Shown: positions 7,215-16,394, numbered from the stretch's first letter. The stretch: DNA of 32,000 bases from an uncultured Chloroflexia bacterium (GCA_963718915.1 CAVRAI010000007.1:330001-362000), one strand, 5' to 3'. Made by a program: numbers and translations. Notes: generated from the letters alone by a model not told the origin.

Positions 7215-9649
7215 TGAGCCGTCTTATCAGCGCGAGCCTGCGCAAATCGTTCGCCGACGTGACGCGGCGCAAGGGGCGCACGCTGCTGGTGGTACTGGGC
7301 ATTTTTATCGGCGTCTTTGGCCTGACCGCCATCAACACCGCCGAGGATGCCCTCTTCGCAGCCGTTACTTTCAGCATGAGCGGCCAGGCCACGCATCCAG
7401 ACATCGTGCTGGATGTCGATCACCTCGATCCGTCGCTAGTGCCCGCACTGCAATCCGTCGCTGGCGTCAAGACGGTGCAATATCAGACAGTGTTCGGCAC
7501 GCAGTGGCATGTCAACCAGGCGCCAGGGCACATGAACATGTTTATCACCAGCTATCACGATCTCCACCACGTGCCGCTGACACCGTTTCAATTGACGAGC
7601 GGGCGCTATCCCAATGTCGGCGAGGTCGTCATGGAATATGGCGATCTGGGGCTGCAATCCTTCTCCATCGGTGACACGGTGACGGTGGACACCGCCCAGG
7701 GCACGGCGCACTTGCGTGTCGTGGGGCTGGCACGCACGCCAGGGCATAACCCCGCCGCTGCCGGCAGTGGTGAGGGCTATATGTCCGACGCTGGCCTGCA
7801 GCAGATCACCGCTGGCATCTCTACTGACATAACGCCCAATAGTGGCATTGGCCTGACCCATGAAATTGCCGTCAAGGTGCAGAGCGATGCTGACACCGTC
7901 GCGACCGCCCTGCAGCAGGTCCTGCTTGCGCACGGAATCGCCGTGAACGGGGTGGCCGTCAGCACCGGCGGGCGTACATCCCCGCCAACGAACGCGATTG
8001 CTGGCGTCTTCTCGCTGCTGCGCATATTGGCCATCGTCGCGGTGGTCATGAGCAGCTTCCTGATCCTCAACACCGTGACGACCCTGGTGGCAGAGCAAAC
8101 GGCGATCATCGGCACGATGAAGGCTGTCGGCGGCACGCGTGGCGCGATCATGCGCGGTTATCTCGTCTCGGTGGGCATCTATAGCGTGCTGGCGACGCTT
8201 CCGGCCATCGCGCTCGGTTTGTTCGGCGGGTACCAGTTGGGTTCACAGCTTGCTACGACCGTACCAATCGACATCGGCCCCTTTGTATTGCAGTGGTGGA
8301 TCGTCATCGTCGGCCTTGCTGTCGGCTTTGGCGTTCCCATCCTCGCGGCGCTGCTGCCACTGTGGAATGGCACGCGCATCAGCGTGGGTGATGCCCTCGC
8401 GGCATACGGCGTGAGCGTCGGCATCGGCAACGGGGTGACGGCGCGTCTGGGCCAGCGCCTGACATGGATCTCGCAGACAGTATGGCTGGGGCTGCGCGGC
8501 GTCTTTCGCAAGCGCTGGCGTGCAGCTCTCACCCTGTTGACCCTGACGCTGGCAGGAATAAGCTTCCTGGTAGTACAGACCGCCAGCACGTCGGTCGCTT
8601 CTACTGTCCGCTCTGTCAACGCCAATATCGCCGCCGACGTCGAGATTGACACAGATCAGCCACTCTCGCTCGCGCAACTCCGTTCGCAACTGAGCACGGT
8701 TGGCAATATCCAGCGTATCGAGCGCTTCTGGCATGATCAATCTGTAGAGACGCATTGGGGGCAGATGCAAGTGATGGCATTCGATCCCGATACACAACTC
8801 TACCATTATCACCTGACAAGCGGGCACTGGCTAGCGACCGGCGAAACAGGCACGGTATTGCTCAGCGATGAGGCGCTCGCCAGGACCGGCTTGCGCATTG
8901 GTGATACGCTGACGATCAGCGCTCAGGGCAATCAGGCAACATTGCGCATCATCGGTACCATCAAACAACCTATCGACCACTTTGGTGGCATCGGGGCGAT
9001 CATCATGAGCCTCGCCGCCTATAATCAGTTCTCTGGCGTGTCTGCTGGGTCAAGTGGCGATGTCGGCCAGGCATTTCTGGTGCAGGCGCGGAATCGCTCG
9101 CCCGGTGCCGTCAATCAACTCACGGATGATCTGGATCGGCTGCTGAACCAGGGGCAAACGCAGAATTGTACGCAGGTATGTAGTGGAGGAAGGTCCGGCG
9201 TCATGCTCCTGAGTTTCGAGACGACACAGCAGCTACAAAACTGGATCATCCTCTATGCCCTGCTCTACGCGGTCGCGATCATCGTCGGCGTAGCGGGCGT
9301 GCTGGGACTGGCCAACGCACTCACCGCCTCCGTGCTGGAACGCCGCCGCGAGATCGGGTTGTTGCGGGTGATGGGGGCAACTGGATGGCGCATCGGCCAG
9401 GTCTTTTGGAGTGAGGGGCTGGCGCTTGGCGGCATCTCCTGGCTGGCGGGAGGAATAATCGGCCTGCCACTGGCCTATCTCTTCGTGCGGATCCTCAGCC
9501 AGTTGGTGATGCCGGTGGATTTCGTGATCGATCCCGCGGCATTTGTAGCGATGCTCGTCGCCATCGTCGTCATTGCCACGCTGGCGACCCTTACGCCCGC
9601 CTCGCACGCGGCGCAGATTCGCGTCGCCGATATGCTACGGTATGAATGA
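7211..9649 (+). CDS. ABC transporter permease with two FtsX-type domains (MacB-type)
   Basis: 812 aa. The FtsX-like segments are '..LVAEQTAIIGTMKAVGGTRGAIMRGYL..' and '..ERRREIGLLRVMGATGWRIGQVFWSEGLAL..', each followed by TM helices. The start overlaps the ATPase stop (GTGATGA). Confidence 0.85.
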   Translation: MMSRLISASLRKSFADVTRRKGRTLLVVLGIFIGVFGLTAINTAEDALFAAVTFSMSGQATHPDIVLDVDHLDPSLVPALQSVAGVKTVQYQTVFGTQWHVNQAPGHMNMFITSYHDLHHVPLTPFQLTSGRYPNVGEVVMEYGDLGLQSFSIGDTVTVDTAQGTAHLRVVGLARTPGHNPAAAGSGEGYMSDAGLQQITAGISTDITPNSGIGLTHEIAVKVQSDADTVATALQQVLLAHGIAVNGVAVSTGGRTSPPTNAIAGVFSLLRILAIVAVVMSSFLILNTVTTLVAEQTAIIGTMKAVGGTRGAIMRGYLVSVGIYSVLATLPAIALGLFGGYQLGSQLATTVPIDIGPFVLQWWIVIVGLAVGFGVPILAALLPLWNGTRISVGDALAAYGVSVGIGNGVTARLGQRLTWISQTVWLGLRGVFRKRWRAALTLLTLTLAGISFLVVQTASTSVASTVRSVNANIAADVEIDTDQPLSLAQLRSQLSTVGNIQRIERFWHDQSVETHWGQMQVMAFDPDTQLYHYHLTSGHWLATGETGTVLLSDEALARTGLRIGDTLTISAQGNQATLRIIGTIKQPIDHFGGIGAIIMSLAAYNQFSGVSAGSSGDVGQAFLVQARNRSPGAVNQLTDDLDRLLNQGQTQNCTQVCSGGRSGVMLLSFETTQQLQNWIILYALLYAVAIIVGVAGVLGLANALTASVLERRREIGLLRVMGATGWRIGQVFWSEGLALGGISWLAGGIIGLPLAYLFVRILSQLVMPVDFVIDPAAFVAMLVAIVVIATLATLTPASHAAQIRVADMLRYE

Positions 9650-9661
9650 GAAGGAAACTAC

Positions 9662-10021
9662 ATGCGCAGCCTAAGAACGCTCGTGCTTCTGCTGGCACTA
9701 GGAGGGTCGCTGACGCTCGTCGCCTGTGGAGGGCAATCAACCACCGCCATCTGCTTTGGCCCGCGTCCCGTGTCGTCCGTGCATCCCGACGGGAGCAATA
9801 TCAGCTTTGCAATGACTATAGTTCGCGACACCCATACGTACACCTATGCCTATTCCGTGCCGAAATCCGCTTTCGGCGGTGCTCCTGTGGCCATGAAGAA
9901 CGGGGACATTGTCGCCTTCTGTGCTGAGACGGTGGATTCAGGTGGGCAGAGTACCACCACGATCTCGCAGTTCAGCGACCAGGGCCAACCTGCCGCTACA
10001 GGCACACCGCCATCCAGCTAG
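9662..10021 (+). CDS. small lipoprotein, unknown function
   Basis: The signal peptide carries a lipobox, 'MRSLRTLVLLLALGGSLTLVAC'. AAGGA lies 6 nt upstream, and the gene starts 13 nt after the permease stop. Confidence 0.6.
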   Translation: MRSLRTLVLLLALGGSLTLVACGGQSTTAICFGPRPVSSVHPDGSNISFAMTIVRDTHTYTYAYSVPKSAFGGAPVAMKNGDIVAFCAETVDSGGQSTTTISQFSDQGQPAATGTPPSS

Positions 10022-10139
10022 ACAAGATATCACTAAAGGCAGCATGGCAGGCAAACGATGCGCGGGGAGATGCTCCTCTCTTGCTCGCCTGTTTGTATGC
10101 CGTCATCGGCGATAACGCGGAGCATGACATACTGCATAT

Positions 10140-10158
10140 GGCATATTGGGGCATATTG
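10140..10158. promoter_or_regulatory. direct repeat GGCATATTG x2 at a 10-bp period, preceded by palindromic GCATATGC; possible response-regulator site
   Basis: The sequence 'ctGCATATGGCATATTGgGGCATATTGag' lies about 50 nt upstream of the histidine-kinase start. Confidence 0.25.
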
Positions 10159-10203
10159 AGATCAGCAATGCTCGCCGATCTTGTGAGGGGAGGGTGATGT
10201 TAC

Positions 10204-11319
10204 ATGTACAGCCTACACACACGCTTTGGCGGACTCTATTGGCGGCTGGCCAGTTCCTACTTTGCGGTTACCTTGCTGGCAGCCGTCATTATCGAGATCG
10301 CCATCACCCTCCCTGCCAGCATGCAAGGGTATCAGCAAGTGAGCGCGACCCCATACGGGAAGACGGCGATCCCCACCTCGCCTGCGCGTTCTGGTATTTC
10401 CCAGGTTTCTCAATTTCTCGGCATCTTTTGGGGCCACCTGCAAGACAATGGTCTGTATTTCATCCTGCTCGCCGGTGTGATTGGCACACTGACTGGTCTA
10501 TTGATCACGCGCAATGTCACCCGCCGGCTGCGCCGCATCACCCAGGCGGCGGAAGCCTGGAGCAAAGGTGAGTTCGCGGTCGAGGTGCGCGATCCCACCC
10601 GCGATGAGATTGGCCAGCTTGGGCAGGATCTCAACAGCATGGCCGAACAGCTCCACACCCTGCTGGCGACCCGCGAGGAGCTTGCGGCGATTGAGGAGCG
10701 CAACCGGCTAGCGCGCGATCTACACGACTCGATCAAGCAGAACGTTTTCGCCACCGCCCTGCTGGTGGGCGCGGCGCGCACGCATCTGCCGCCGGATACC
10801 CTGCCAGCCCAGACCTATCTCGCCGAAGCCGAGGCGCTGGCCGAGCAGACGCGCCAGGAACTGACCACGCTCATCCGCGAGTTACGTCCGGCCCGCCTCG
10901 CAGATAAGGGGCTGGCCGCCGTCCTGCGCGACTATGCTGAGGACTGGTCGCGCCGCATGGGCATTGCCGTCGCTATCCACATTCAGGGCGAGCGCGCGAC
11001 CGGTATCGACATCGAAGAGGCGCTCTTTCGCATCACACAGGAAGCGCTCGCCAATATTGCTCACCACAGCGGAGCTACGCACGCCACTATCCATCTCATG
11101 TGGGACGGCGCGAAGGTGCGCCTGACCATCGCCGACGATGGCTCCGGCTTCGACCTAGCGCATGCCAACGGGCGCGGCGTGGGATTAGCCAGCATGCGTG
11201 AGCGTGTGGCAGCCTACAATGGCTCATTGGATATTACCAGTGCGCCGGGCGCGACGACGGTGGAGGCGATTATCCCACAGCACGATGCTGAGAAGCCGAT
11301 CCAGGAGGCAACACCGTGA
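10204..11319 (+). CDS. sensor histidine kinase, HisKA_3 / NarL-partner type, with HAMP domain
   Basis: Two N-terminal TM helices are followed by a HAMP domain. H-box 'LARDLHDSIKQNVFA', N-box 'EALANIAHHSGA', G-boxes 'DDGSGF' and 'GVGLASMRERV'. Confidence 0.85.
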   Translation: MYSLHTRFGGLYWRLASSYFAVTLLAAVIIEIAITLPASMQGYQQVSATPYGKTAIPTSPARSGISQVSQFLGIFWGHLQDNGLYFILLAGVIGTLTGLLITRNVTRRLRRITQAAEAWSKGEFAVEVRDPTRDEIGQLGQDLNSMAEQLHTLLATREELAAIEERNRLARDLHDSIKQNVFATALLVGAARTHLPPDTLPAQTYLAEAEALAEQTRQELTTLIRELRPARLADKGLAAVLRDYAEDWSRRMGIAVAIHIQGERATGIDIEEALFRITQEALANIAHHSGATHATIHLMWDGAKVRLTIADDGSGFDLAHANGRGVGLASMRERVAAYNGSLDITSAPGATTVEAIIPQHDAEKPIQEATP

Positions 11320-11963
11320 GCGATCCTATCACCATCCTGATCGTCGATGATCATGCTGTCGTGCGGCGCGGTGCGCGGGCGTTCCTCGAAGCGCAGCCAG
11401 ATTTCGCTGTTGTGGGCGATGTCGGGTCCGGCGGCGAAGCCGTATTGCTGGCGGCTGATCTGGCCCCCGACATCGTACTGATGGATCTGGTGATGCCCGG
11501 CATGGACGGCGTGCAGGCGACACGGCTGGTGAAACAGAAAAGTCCTTGCTCACAGGTCATCGTGCTGACCTCCTATCACGAGGACGAGCATATCTTTCCC
11601 GCCATTCGTGCCGGAGCGCTCTCCTATCTGCTCAAAGATATCAGTCTACCCGATCTGGCTGATGCCATCCGCAAGGCGGCGCACGGCGAGGTCGTGCTAC
11701 ATCACCGCATCGCCGCCCGTGTTGTACAAGAGCTGGATGTCGCGTCGCATCATGATATGGCGAGCTACGCCCACCTGAGTGAGCGTGAGCGCGAAGTGCT
11801 GCGCCTGATCGCCGAGGGGCTGAGCAACGCCGAGATCGCCGCGCGGCTCGTGCTCAGCGAGAAGACGGTGAAAAGCCACGTCCGCAATATCCTCGGCAAG
11901 CTGCACCTGGCTGACCGGACGCAGGCCGCCATCTTTGCCTGGCGCGAAGGTATTGTGTCGTAA
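11316..11963 (+). CDS. response regulator, NarL/LuxR family
   Basis: The receiver domain has 'ILIVDDHAVVRRG..DIVLMDLVMPGMDG'. The LuxR HTH is 'LSEREREVLRLIAEGLSNAEIAARLVLSEKTVKSHVRNILGKL'. Its GTG start overlaps the kinase stop (GTGA). Confidence 0.9.
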   Translation: MSDPITILIVDDHAVVRRGARAFLEAQPDFAVVGDVGSGGEAVLLAADLAPDIVLMDLVMPGMDGVQATRLVKQKSPCSQVIVLTSYHEDEHIFPAIRAGALSYLLKDISLPDLADAIRKAAHGEVVLHHRIAARVVQELDVASHHDMASYAHLSEREREVLRLIAEGLSNAEIAARLVLSEKTVKSHVRNILGKLHLADRTQAAIFAWREGIVS

Positions 11964-11992
11964 TTATCGGGCCACGTTGGACCATGAGGCGC

Positions 11993-12760
11993 CTAGCGCG
12001 GCGCCATTCTTATCGCGCCATCCAGCCGGATCGTCTCGCCGTTGAGCATCGTGTTCTCGACGATAGACTGCACCAGCGCGGCGTACTCCTCCGGGCGGCC
12101 CAGCCGGGGCGGGAACGGCACCTGCTGGCCGAGCGACTGACGCGCTGGCTCTGGCAGCCCGGCGAGCATCGGCGTGTCGAAGATACCCGGCGCGATGCTC
12201 ATCACGCGGATGCCATAGCGCGCCAGCTCGCGCGCAATCGGCAGTGTCATGCTGACGACGGCGCCCTTCGAGGCGGAGTAAGCCGCCTGACCAATCTGCC
12301 CATCGAAGGCCGCGACCGAGGCCGTGTTGACGATGACGCCGCGCTCGCCCTCGGCGTCTGGCTCGTTGCGCTGCATCGCGTCGGCTGCCAGGCGGATCGA
12401 GTTGAAGATGCCGACGACGTTGACCTGAAGCACTTTCGCAAAGCGGTTGAGGTCGTGCGTGGTATCTTTGCCCAGCACTCTCTCGGCAATGGCGATGCCC
12501 GCGCAATTCACTACAATACGCAGCCCGCTGCCTAGCGAGGTCGCCGCCTCCACCGCCGCGCGCATCGAATCGTCGCTGGTGACATCAGTCGCTACGAAAC
12601 GCGCCTTCTCGCCCAGTTCCGCTGCCAGCGCCTCGCCCGTCTGCGCGTTGAGGTCGGCAATGACCACCCGCGCGCCCGCGTCCGCCAGCCGCCGCACCGT
12701 CGCCGCGCCCAGTCCCGACGCGCCGCCCGTCACCAGCGCGCCTGTTCCCGCTATTTGCAT
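11993..12760 (-). CDS. short-chain dehydrogenase/reductase, 3-hydroxyacyl-CoA dehydrogenase-like
   Basis: Cofactor motif '[12 protein letters not shown]' (TGxxxGxG), catalytic 'YSASKGAV' (YxxxK), C-terminus '..[12 protein letters not shown]'. Confidence 0.9.
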   Translation of the reverse strand: MQIAGTGALVTGGASGLGAATVRRLADAGARVVIADLNAQTGEALAAELGEKARFVATDVTSDDSMRAAVEAATSLGSGLRIVVNCAGIAIAERVLGKDTTHDLNRFAKVLQVNVVGIFNSIRLAADAMQRNEPDAEGERGVIVNTASVAAFDGQIGQAAYSASKGAVVSMTLPIARELARYGIRVMSIAPGIFDTPMLAGLPEPARQSLGQQVPFPPRLGRPEEYAALVQSIVENTMLNGETIRLDGAIRMAPR

Positions 12761-12849
12761 GATCGGCTCTCCTTCGTCGTTGCATCACCGTGAACGTGAA
12801 AGCGGCGCCCGCGCCGCCATCCAACCATACACCGCGAGACATGGCAACA

Positions 12850-12879
12850 TCAACACGGCGTATACAGGGGCAATATAAT
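12850..12879 (+). promoter_or_regulatory. candidate promoter (TCAACA-18 nt-TATAAT) for the small membrane-protein gene
   Basis: Perfect TATAAT at 12874-12879 and a 4/6 -35 box at 12850-12855. Confidence 0.35.
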
Positions 12880-12924
12880 ATCGTTGGCGGCTCATCATGC
12901 GCTTTGCCATGGAAAGGTAAATTC

Positions 12925-13194
12925 ATGCGTTCGGGATTCTTCTCATCTTATGTGCCGTGGGTTGGCGCGTTCTTCCTCGCGATTGGCCTGCTCTCGTTCT
13001 TCACCCACGCGCCGTTGCTAGGGGGCGCGCTGCTCTGCATCGGCGTGGCGTTCCTGTTGCTGGGCAACTCGGCGCAGGCATGGCCGACGCTGCCGCTCTG
13101 GCGCAAGATCGGCTCGGCGGTTGGCATCATCGTGGGCCTGGTGTTTCTCGTCACCAGCCTGATCACAACGGCTTTTGAGGCAGCTGGCGACTGA
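12925..13194 (+). CDS. small (89 aa) three-TM membrane protein, unknown function
   Basis: ATG 12925 follows GGAAAGG. The product is 'MRSGFFSSYVPWVGAFFLAIGLLSFF..LLCIGVAFLLLGN..VGIIVGLVFLVTSLI'. The ORF-track start at 12790 is an upstream extension. Confidence 0.55.
   Translation: MRSGFFSSYVPWVGAFFLAIGLLSFFTHAPLLGGALLCIGVAFLLLGNSAQAWPTLPLWRKIGSAVGIIVGLVFLVTSLITTAFEAAGD
13058..13176 (+). repeat. 119-nt direct repeat, copy 1 (the functional 3' end of the small membrane-protein gene)
   Basis: Ungapped hand alignment to 14676-14794 gives 107/119 identical positions. Confidence 0.85.
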
Positions 13195-13343
13195 AGTCGC
13201 GCCTAGTTGGCCTGCGGCCACGAAGTCTGCCTGCGCGAACTCACAGATCCCATCCCCACCGAATACGCTGACATTGCACATTCTCTCGAACGCGCATAGG
13301 CGGGTTTTGTGGCGGAGCGGGGTGAGGCCATAAAGGCGCGGTT

Positions 13344-13832
13344 TTAACGGTCGGTTCCCTCGGATTGGGGAAGCGTGCTGTATTCAAGTTCCAAACCATC
13401 GTCAGCAATCTGCATAGGCTGCCGAGAACGTTCGATGACGTAACAGTAAGCCAGCGCAAGAACGGGAATTACAGCGGGAAGCGCAGTCATGAGGATGAAT
13501 GCTGCAAGGTTGTATCCTTGCGAGTTCTCAATAAAAGGCTCATTCAAGTCAGAATCCACAAAAAAGAGCCGCGGTCCAAAGTTGACCAGGATGAGCGGCA
13601 CGAGCATCGCGACGAACCAGCCCCACTGGCGGCGTGACCCAGAGACGATAAGCCCAATGATACCCACGGCAAAGCAAAGTCCAGACACAAGCATCGTGAC
13701 AACTATGAACATCAATGCAATAACGGCAGTTTCCTGTGGAGAGAATACGTCGAGTCCAATAAGAATCGCGGAGACCGCCGCAACGATAAGGCTGATTCCA
13801 GAGAGACGGCGCAAAAGGTGCATCATAGACAT
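13344..13832 (-). CDS. hypothetical multi-TM membrane protein (low-GC islet)
   Basis: 162 aa from ATG 13832, with AAGGA upstream. There are four to five hydrophobic helices, for example 'ISLIVAAVSAILIGL' and 'LCFAVGIIGLIV'. GC is visibly lower than in the flanks. Confidence 0.55.
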   Translation of the reverse strand: MSMMHLLRRLSGISLIVAAVSAILIGLDVFSPQETAVIALMFIVVTMLVSGLCFAVGIIGLIVSGSRRQWGWFVAMLVPLILVNFGPRLFFVDSDLNEPFIENSQGYNLAAFILMTALPAVIPVLALAYCYVIERSRQPMQIADDGLELEYSTLPQSEGTDR

Positions 13833-13932
13833 ATTCTTTCCTTGAAGAAACGCGATGGGGGAAATACCCAACAAGACTGCCTCGTTTCCCCCATCTGTCC
13901 GGTTGCTGACTACATAGAGCCTTCAGCAGGCG

Positions 13933-14409
13933 CTACACCCTTTGTACGATGCAACATACCCAGTAGACCGTAAGATTTACTGTTGGACTATTCACCCTAT
14001 TACCATTGTAGAGGTACTCGTATGCTACCATGTGGTACGTCGAGTTCTTCCCATATGGGGTTGTCACGTCATGGTAAAAGTCTGTGTCACCAACTCCACA
14101 TCTGAGGTGACAGGTATAATTCTGCGTGTCACCATCCCCCCAGCTTAGGTAGACAACGAGGCTTTCCGTAACTCCTTCTTCGCAATTCCAATGAACATGC
14201 GCATGGACATTCTGTCCAGTATCTGCCGGGTTCGGTGTAACATAGGTGATTTGGACCGAGGAGTTAGTAGGTTGACACCCAGCTCCAATGTCGGGGCTAG
14301 CACTTCCATGCGGAGCGCTGGTTTTCGCGGGCATAGCCAGAGCGGAAGGGGCAAACATTGCGGAACACAGCAGGACTACCAGACTGAGGATCGCAAATCT
14401 GGCCTTCAT
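13933..14409 (-). CDS. hypothetical secreted Cys-rich protein (low-GC islet)
   Basis: ATG 14409 has GGAGG 6 nt upstream. The signal peptide is 'MKARFAILSLVVLLCSAMFAPSALA'. The mature part contains 7 Cys and no motif I recognise. Confidence 0.6.
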   Translation of the reverse strand: MKARFAILSLVVLLCSAMFAPSALAMPAKTSAPHGSASPDIGAGCQPTNSSVQITYVTPNPADTGQNVHAHVHWNCEEGVTESLVVYLSWGDGDTQNYTCHLRCGVGDTDFYHDVTTPYGKNSTYHMVAYEYLYNGNRVNSPTVNLTVYWVCCIVQRV

Positions 14410-14474
14410 TCCAAACCTCCATGCACTTACGTGATACAAATTGCTGGCGAGCCATGATCATCGATGCATCACAA

Positions 14475-14502
14475 ACTTTATCGTTTTTTTGTGGCCTGTC
14501 AA
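14475..14502 (-). promoter_or_regulatory. candidate promoter (TTGACA-16 nt-TAAAGT) for the islet genes
   Basis: On the minus strand: TTGACA at 14502-14497 and TAAAGT at 14480-14475. Confidence 0.3.
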
Positions 14503-14674
14503 GAGTGCATCCTTGCTACTCATGACAATGACCCTCAATACTTCCAGTAATCGTGGAAAAATCGCCCTACTTCGGAATCGCGGCGACGACCTCTTCGCAT
14601 AAGCGCGCTATTGTCTCGAAGTCGCCGAAGCGAATCATGGCGTGCGAGTCGCCGAAGTCGATCAGCGACCGTAG

Positions 14675-14797
14675 CTGCTGGGCAACTCGGCGCAGGCGTG
14701 GCCGACGCTGCCACCCTGGCGCAAGATCGGCTCGGCGGTTGGCATTATCGTGGGCCTGGCGTTTCTCGTCGCCAGCCTCATCACCAGCGGTTTCTGA
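14675..14797 (+). pseudogene. orphan 3' fragment (40 codons plus stop) homologous to the small membrane-protein gene
   Basis: It reads 'LLGNSAQAWPTLPPWRKIGSAVGIIVGLAFLVASLITSGF*' and is immediately preceded by an in-frame TAG (14672-14674). Of the 11 codons that differ from copy 1, 6 are synonymous. Confidence 0.7.
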
Positions 14798-14855
14798 TCG
14801 CTCACACGGCGCCAGACATGATCCACGGTAGTCTCGCCTCTCGCGCCCTCAGACG

Positions 14856-14864
14856 TGATACAAT
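14856..14864 (+). promoter_or_regulatory. candidate extended -10 promoter element (TGaTACAAT) upstream of der
   Basis: TG at 14856-14857 and TACAAT at 14859-14864, about 40 nt upstream of the der ATG. No good -35 box is present. Confidence 0.3.
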
Positions 14865-14903
14865 CAGAGCTATTGTGTGTGCCAGGAGCGCTGGAGTATT
14901 GCG

Positions 14904-16394
14904 ATGAAACCGCTTGTTGCTATTGTTGGACGCCCGAATGTGGGCAAATCGACCCTGTTCAATCGGCTCGTGGGCGAGCGTCTCGCGATTGTCGAGGATC
15001 TGCCTGGCACGACGCGCGACCGGCTCTATGCCGACGCAGAGTGGAATGGGCGCGTCTTCTCGCTCGTGGATACCGGCGGGCTGGAATTAGGCGCAAGCGA
15101 GGACATCACCGCGAGGGTTGCGGCGCAGGCGCAGCTGGCCATCGAAGAGGCCGATGTGATCGTCCTGCTGGTGGATACTAAGTCGGGAATTACTGAGGCC
15201 GACGCCGAGGTGGCTGAGATATTGCGGCGCTCGGGCAAGCCGGTGGTGCTGGGCGCGAACAAAGCGGATAACCTCACCCGCCGTCAGGAGGCTGTCGAGT
15301 TCTATTCGCTTGGTTTGGGCGAGCCAATCACGCTGGCCGCCAACTCCGGCACCGGCACCGGCGACCTGCTCGATGCAATTACTGAGCATCTGCCGCCCGC
15401 CGAGGAAGAGGACGAGGCGGCGAGCAATGGTATCCCGCGGCTGGCGATTGTCGGCCGGCCCAACGTCGGCAAATCGTCGCTGCTCAACGCCATCGCCGGG
15501 GCGGATCGCGTCATTGTCAGCGATATCCCCGGCACGACACGCGATGCGATTGACACCGAGGTGGAGTACAAGGGCCGCCGCGTCACGCTGATCGATACGG
15601 CGGGCATCCGGCGGCGCGGGCATATCGGCCCCGGCGTCGAGAAATACAGTGTTTTGCGCGCCGACCGCGCCATCGATCGCTGTGATGTCGCGGTGCTGAT
15701 GATCGACGCGGTGGAGGGCATCACCGCGCAGGATACACACATCGCGGGCTACATCAACGAGGCGGCCAAGGGCATCGTCATCGTCATCAACAAGTGGGAC
15801 ATCATCAAAGAGCGCCGCCGCGAAGCCGAGATATGGGCCGACCCCGATGTGCCGATTCTGCCCAGCGAGAATGTGGACCTGGCCGCGCTAGAGGTACGCG
15901 ACGCCGAGGCGTATATGGACGAAATGCGCGAGAAGCTGAAGTTTGTGCCGTACGCGCCGCTGGTCTTTGCCGCGGCCAAGACGAAGTACCACGTCAACAA
16001 CATCCTCGACCACGCGCTACGCATCAACGATACGCGCTCGATTCGCGTGCCGACGGCGCAACTGAACGAGATTGTGCGCGACGCGGTGCAGCGCCATCAT
16101 CCGCCGAGCTCGCAGGGGCGGCCACTGCGCATCTTCTACGTGACGCAGGCCGAGACGAATCCGCCCACGTTCGTCTTCTTCGTCAACGACCCGGAGTTGC
16201 TGCATTTCTCCTATCGCCGCTATCTGGAGAACCAGTTGCGCAATGTCTTCAGCTTCGAGGGCACCGCGATCCGGCTCCAGTTCCGCGCCCGTACCACCGA
16301 CCGCGGCGAGGACGACGAGAAGAAAGGCAAAGCCAAGCCGCGTCCAGGATCGAAGTATACAGGCAAACGCCCCGCGACGAGATCGCGACGGTAG
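14904..16394 (+). CDS. der: ribosome-associated GTPase Der/EngA
   Basis: Two tandem GTPase domains, 'GRPNVGKSTLFN..DTGG..NKAD' and 'GRPNVGKSSLLN..DTAG..NKWD', are followed by a KH-like C-terminal domain and a Lys/Arg-rich tail. ATG 14904 is preferred over the ORF-track start at 14877. Confidence 0.95.
   Translation: MKPLVAIVGRPNVGKSTLFNRLVGERLAIVEDLPGTTRDRLYADAEWNGRVFSLVDTGGLELGASEDITARVAAQAQLAIEEADVIVLLVDTKSGITEADAEVAEILRRSGKPVVLGANKADNLTRRQEAVEFYSLGLGEPITLAANSGTGTGDLLDAITEHLPPAEEEDEAASNGIPRLAIVGRPNVGKSSLLNAIAGADRVIVSDIPGTTRDAIDTEVEYKGRRVTLIDTAGIRRRGHIGPGVEKYSVLRADRAIDRCDVAVLMIDAVEGITAQDTHIAGYINEAAKGIVIVINKWDIIKERRREAEIWADPDVPILPSENVDLAALEVRDAEAYMDEMREKLKFVPYAPLVFAAAKTKYHVNNILDHALRINDTRSIRVPTAQLNEIVRDAVQRHHPPSSQGRPLRIFYVTQAETNPPTFVFFVNDPELLHFSYRRYLENQLRNVFSFEGTAIRLQFRARTTDRGEDDEKKGKAKPRPGSKYTGKRPATRSRR

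Noticed and set aside
6407-7423. Long antisense or alternative-frame ORFs. Examples are 6407..7423(-), 1528..2205(-), 5829..6419(+), 7436..8098(-), 8243..8827(-), 15087..15740(-), 16883..17602(+), 19168..19785(+), 23453..24271(-) and 27162..27833(+).
   Set aside because: Each lies opposite to or out of frame with a gene that has clear family motifs. Their products are Arg/Pro/Ala-rich low-complexity sequence, as expected from stop-codon-poor high-GC DNA.
14570-14672. A minus-strand reading '..LRSLIDFGDSHAMIRFGDFETIARLCEEVVAAIPK*' at the right edge of the islet, which looks like the C-terminus of a real protein.
   Set aside because: The open frame is under 60 aa, has no credible start, and runs into the repeat copy as Arg-rich sequence. 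It may be a relic of a gene destroyed by the insertion, but the evidence is too weak to call it a feature.
13058-14797. Whether the 119-nt repeat pair is a diversity-generating retroelement, with a variable repeat at a gene's 3' end and an orphan template repeat.
   Set aside because: The 12 differences are not confined to adenine positions of either copy. They include A/G, G/A, T/C, C/T and G/C changes, half of them synonymous. No reverse transcriptase gene is nearby. The pattern fits ordinary divergence of coding sequence.
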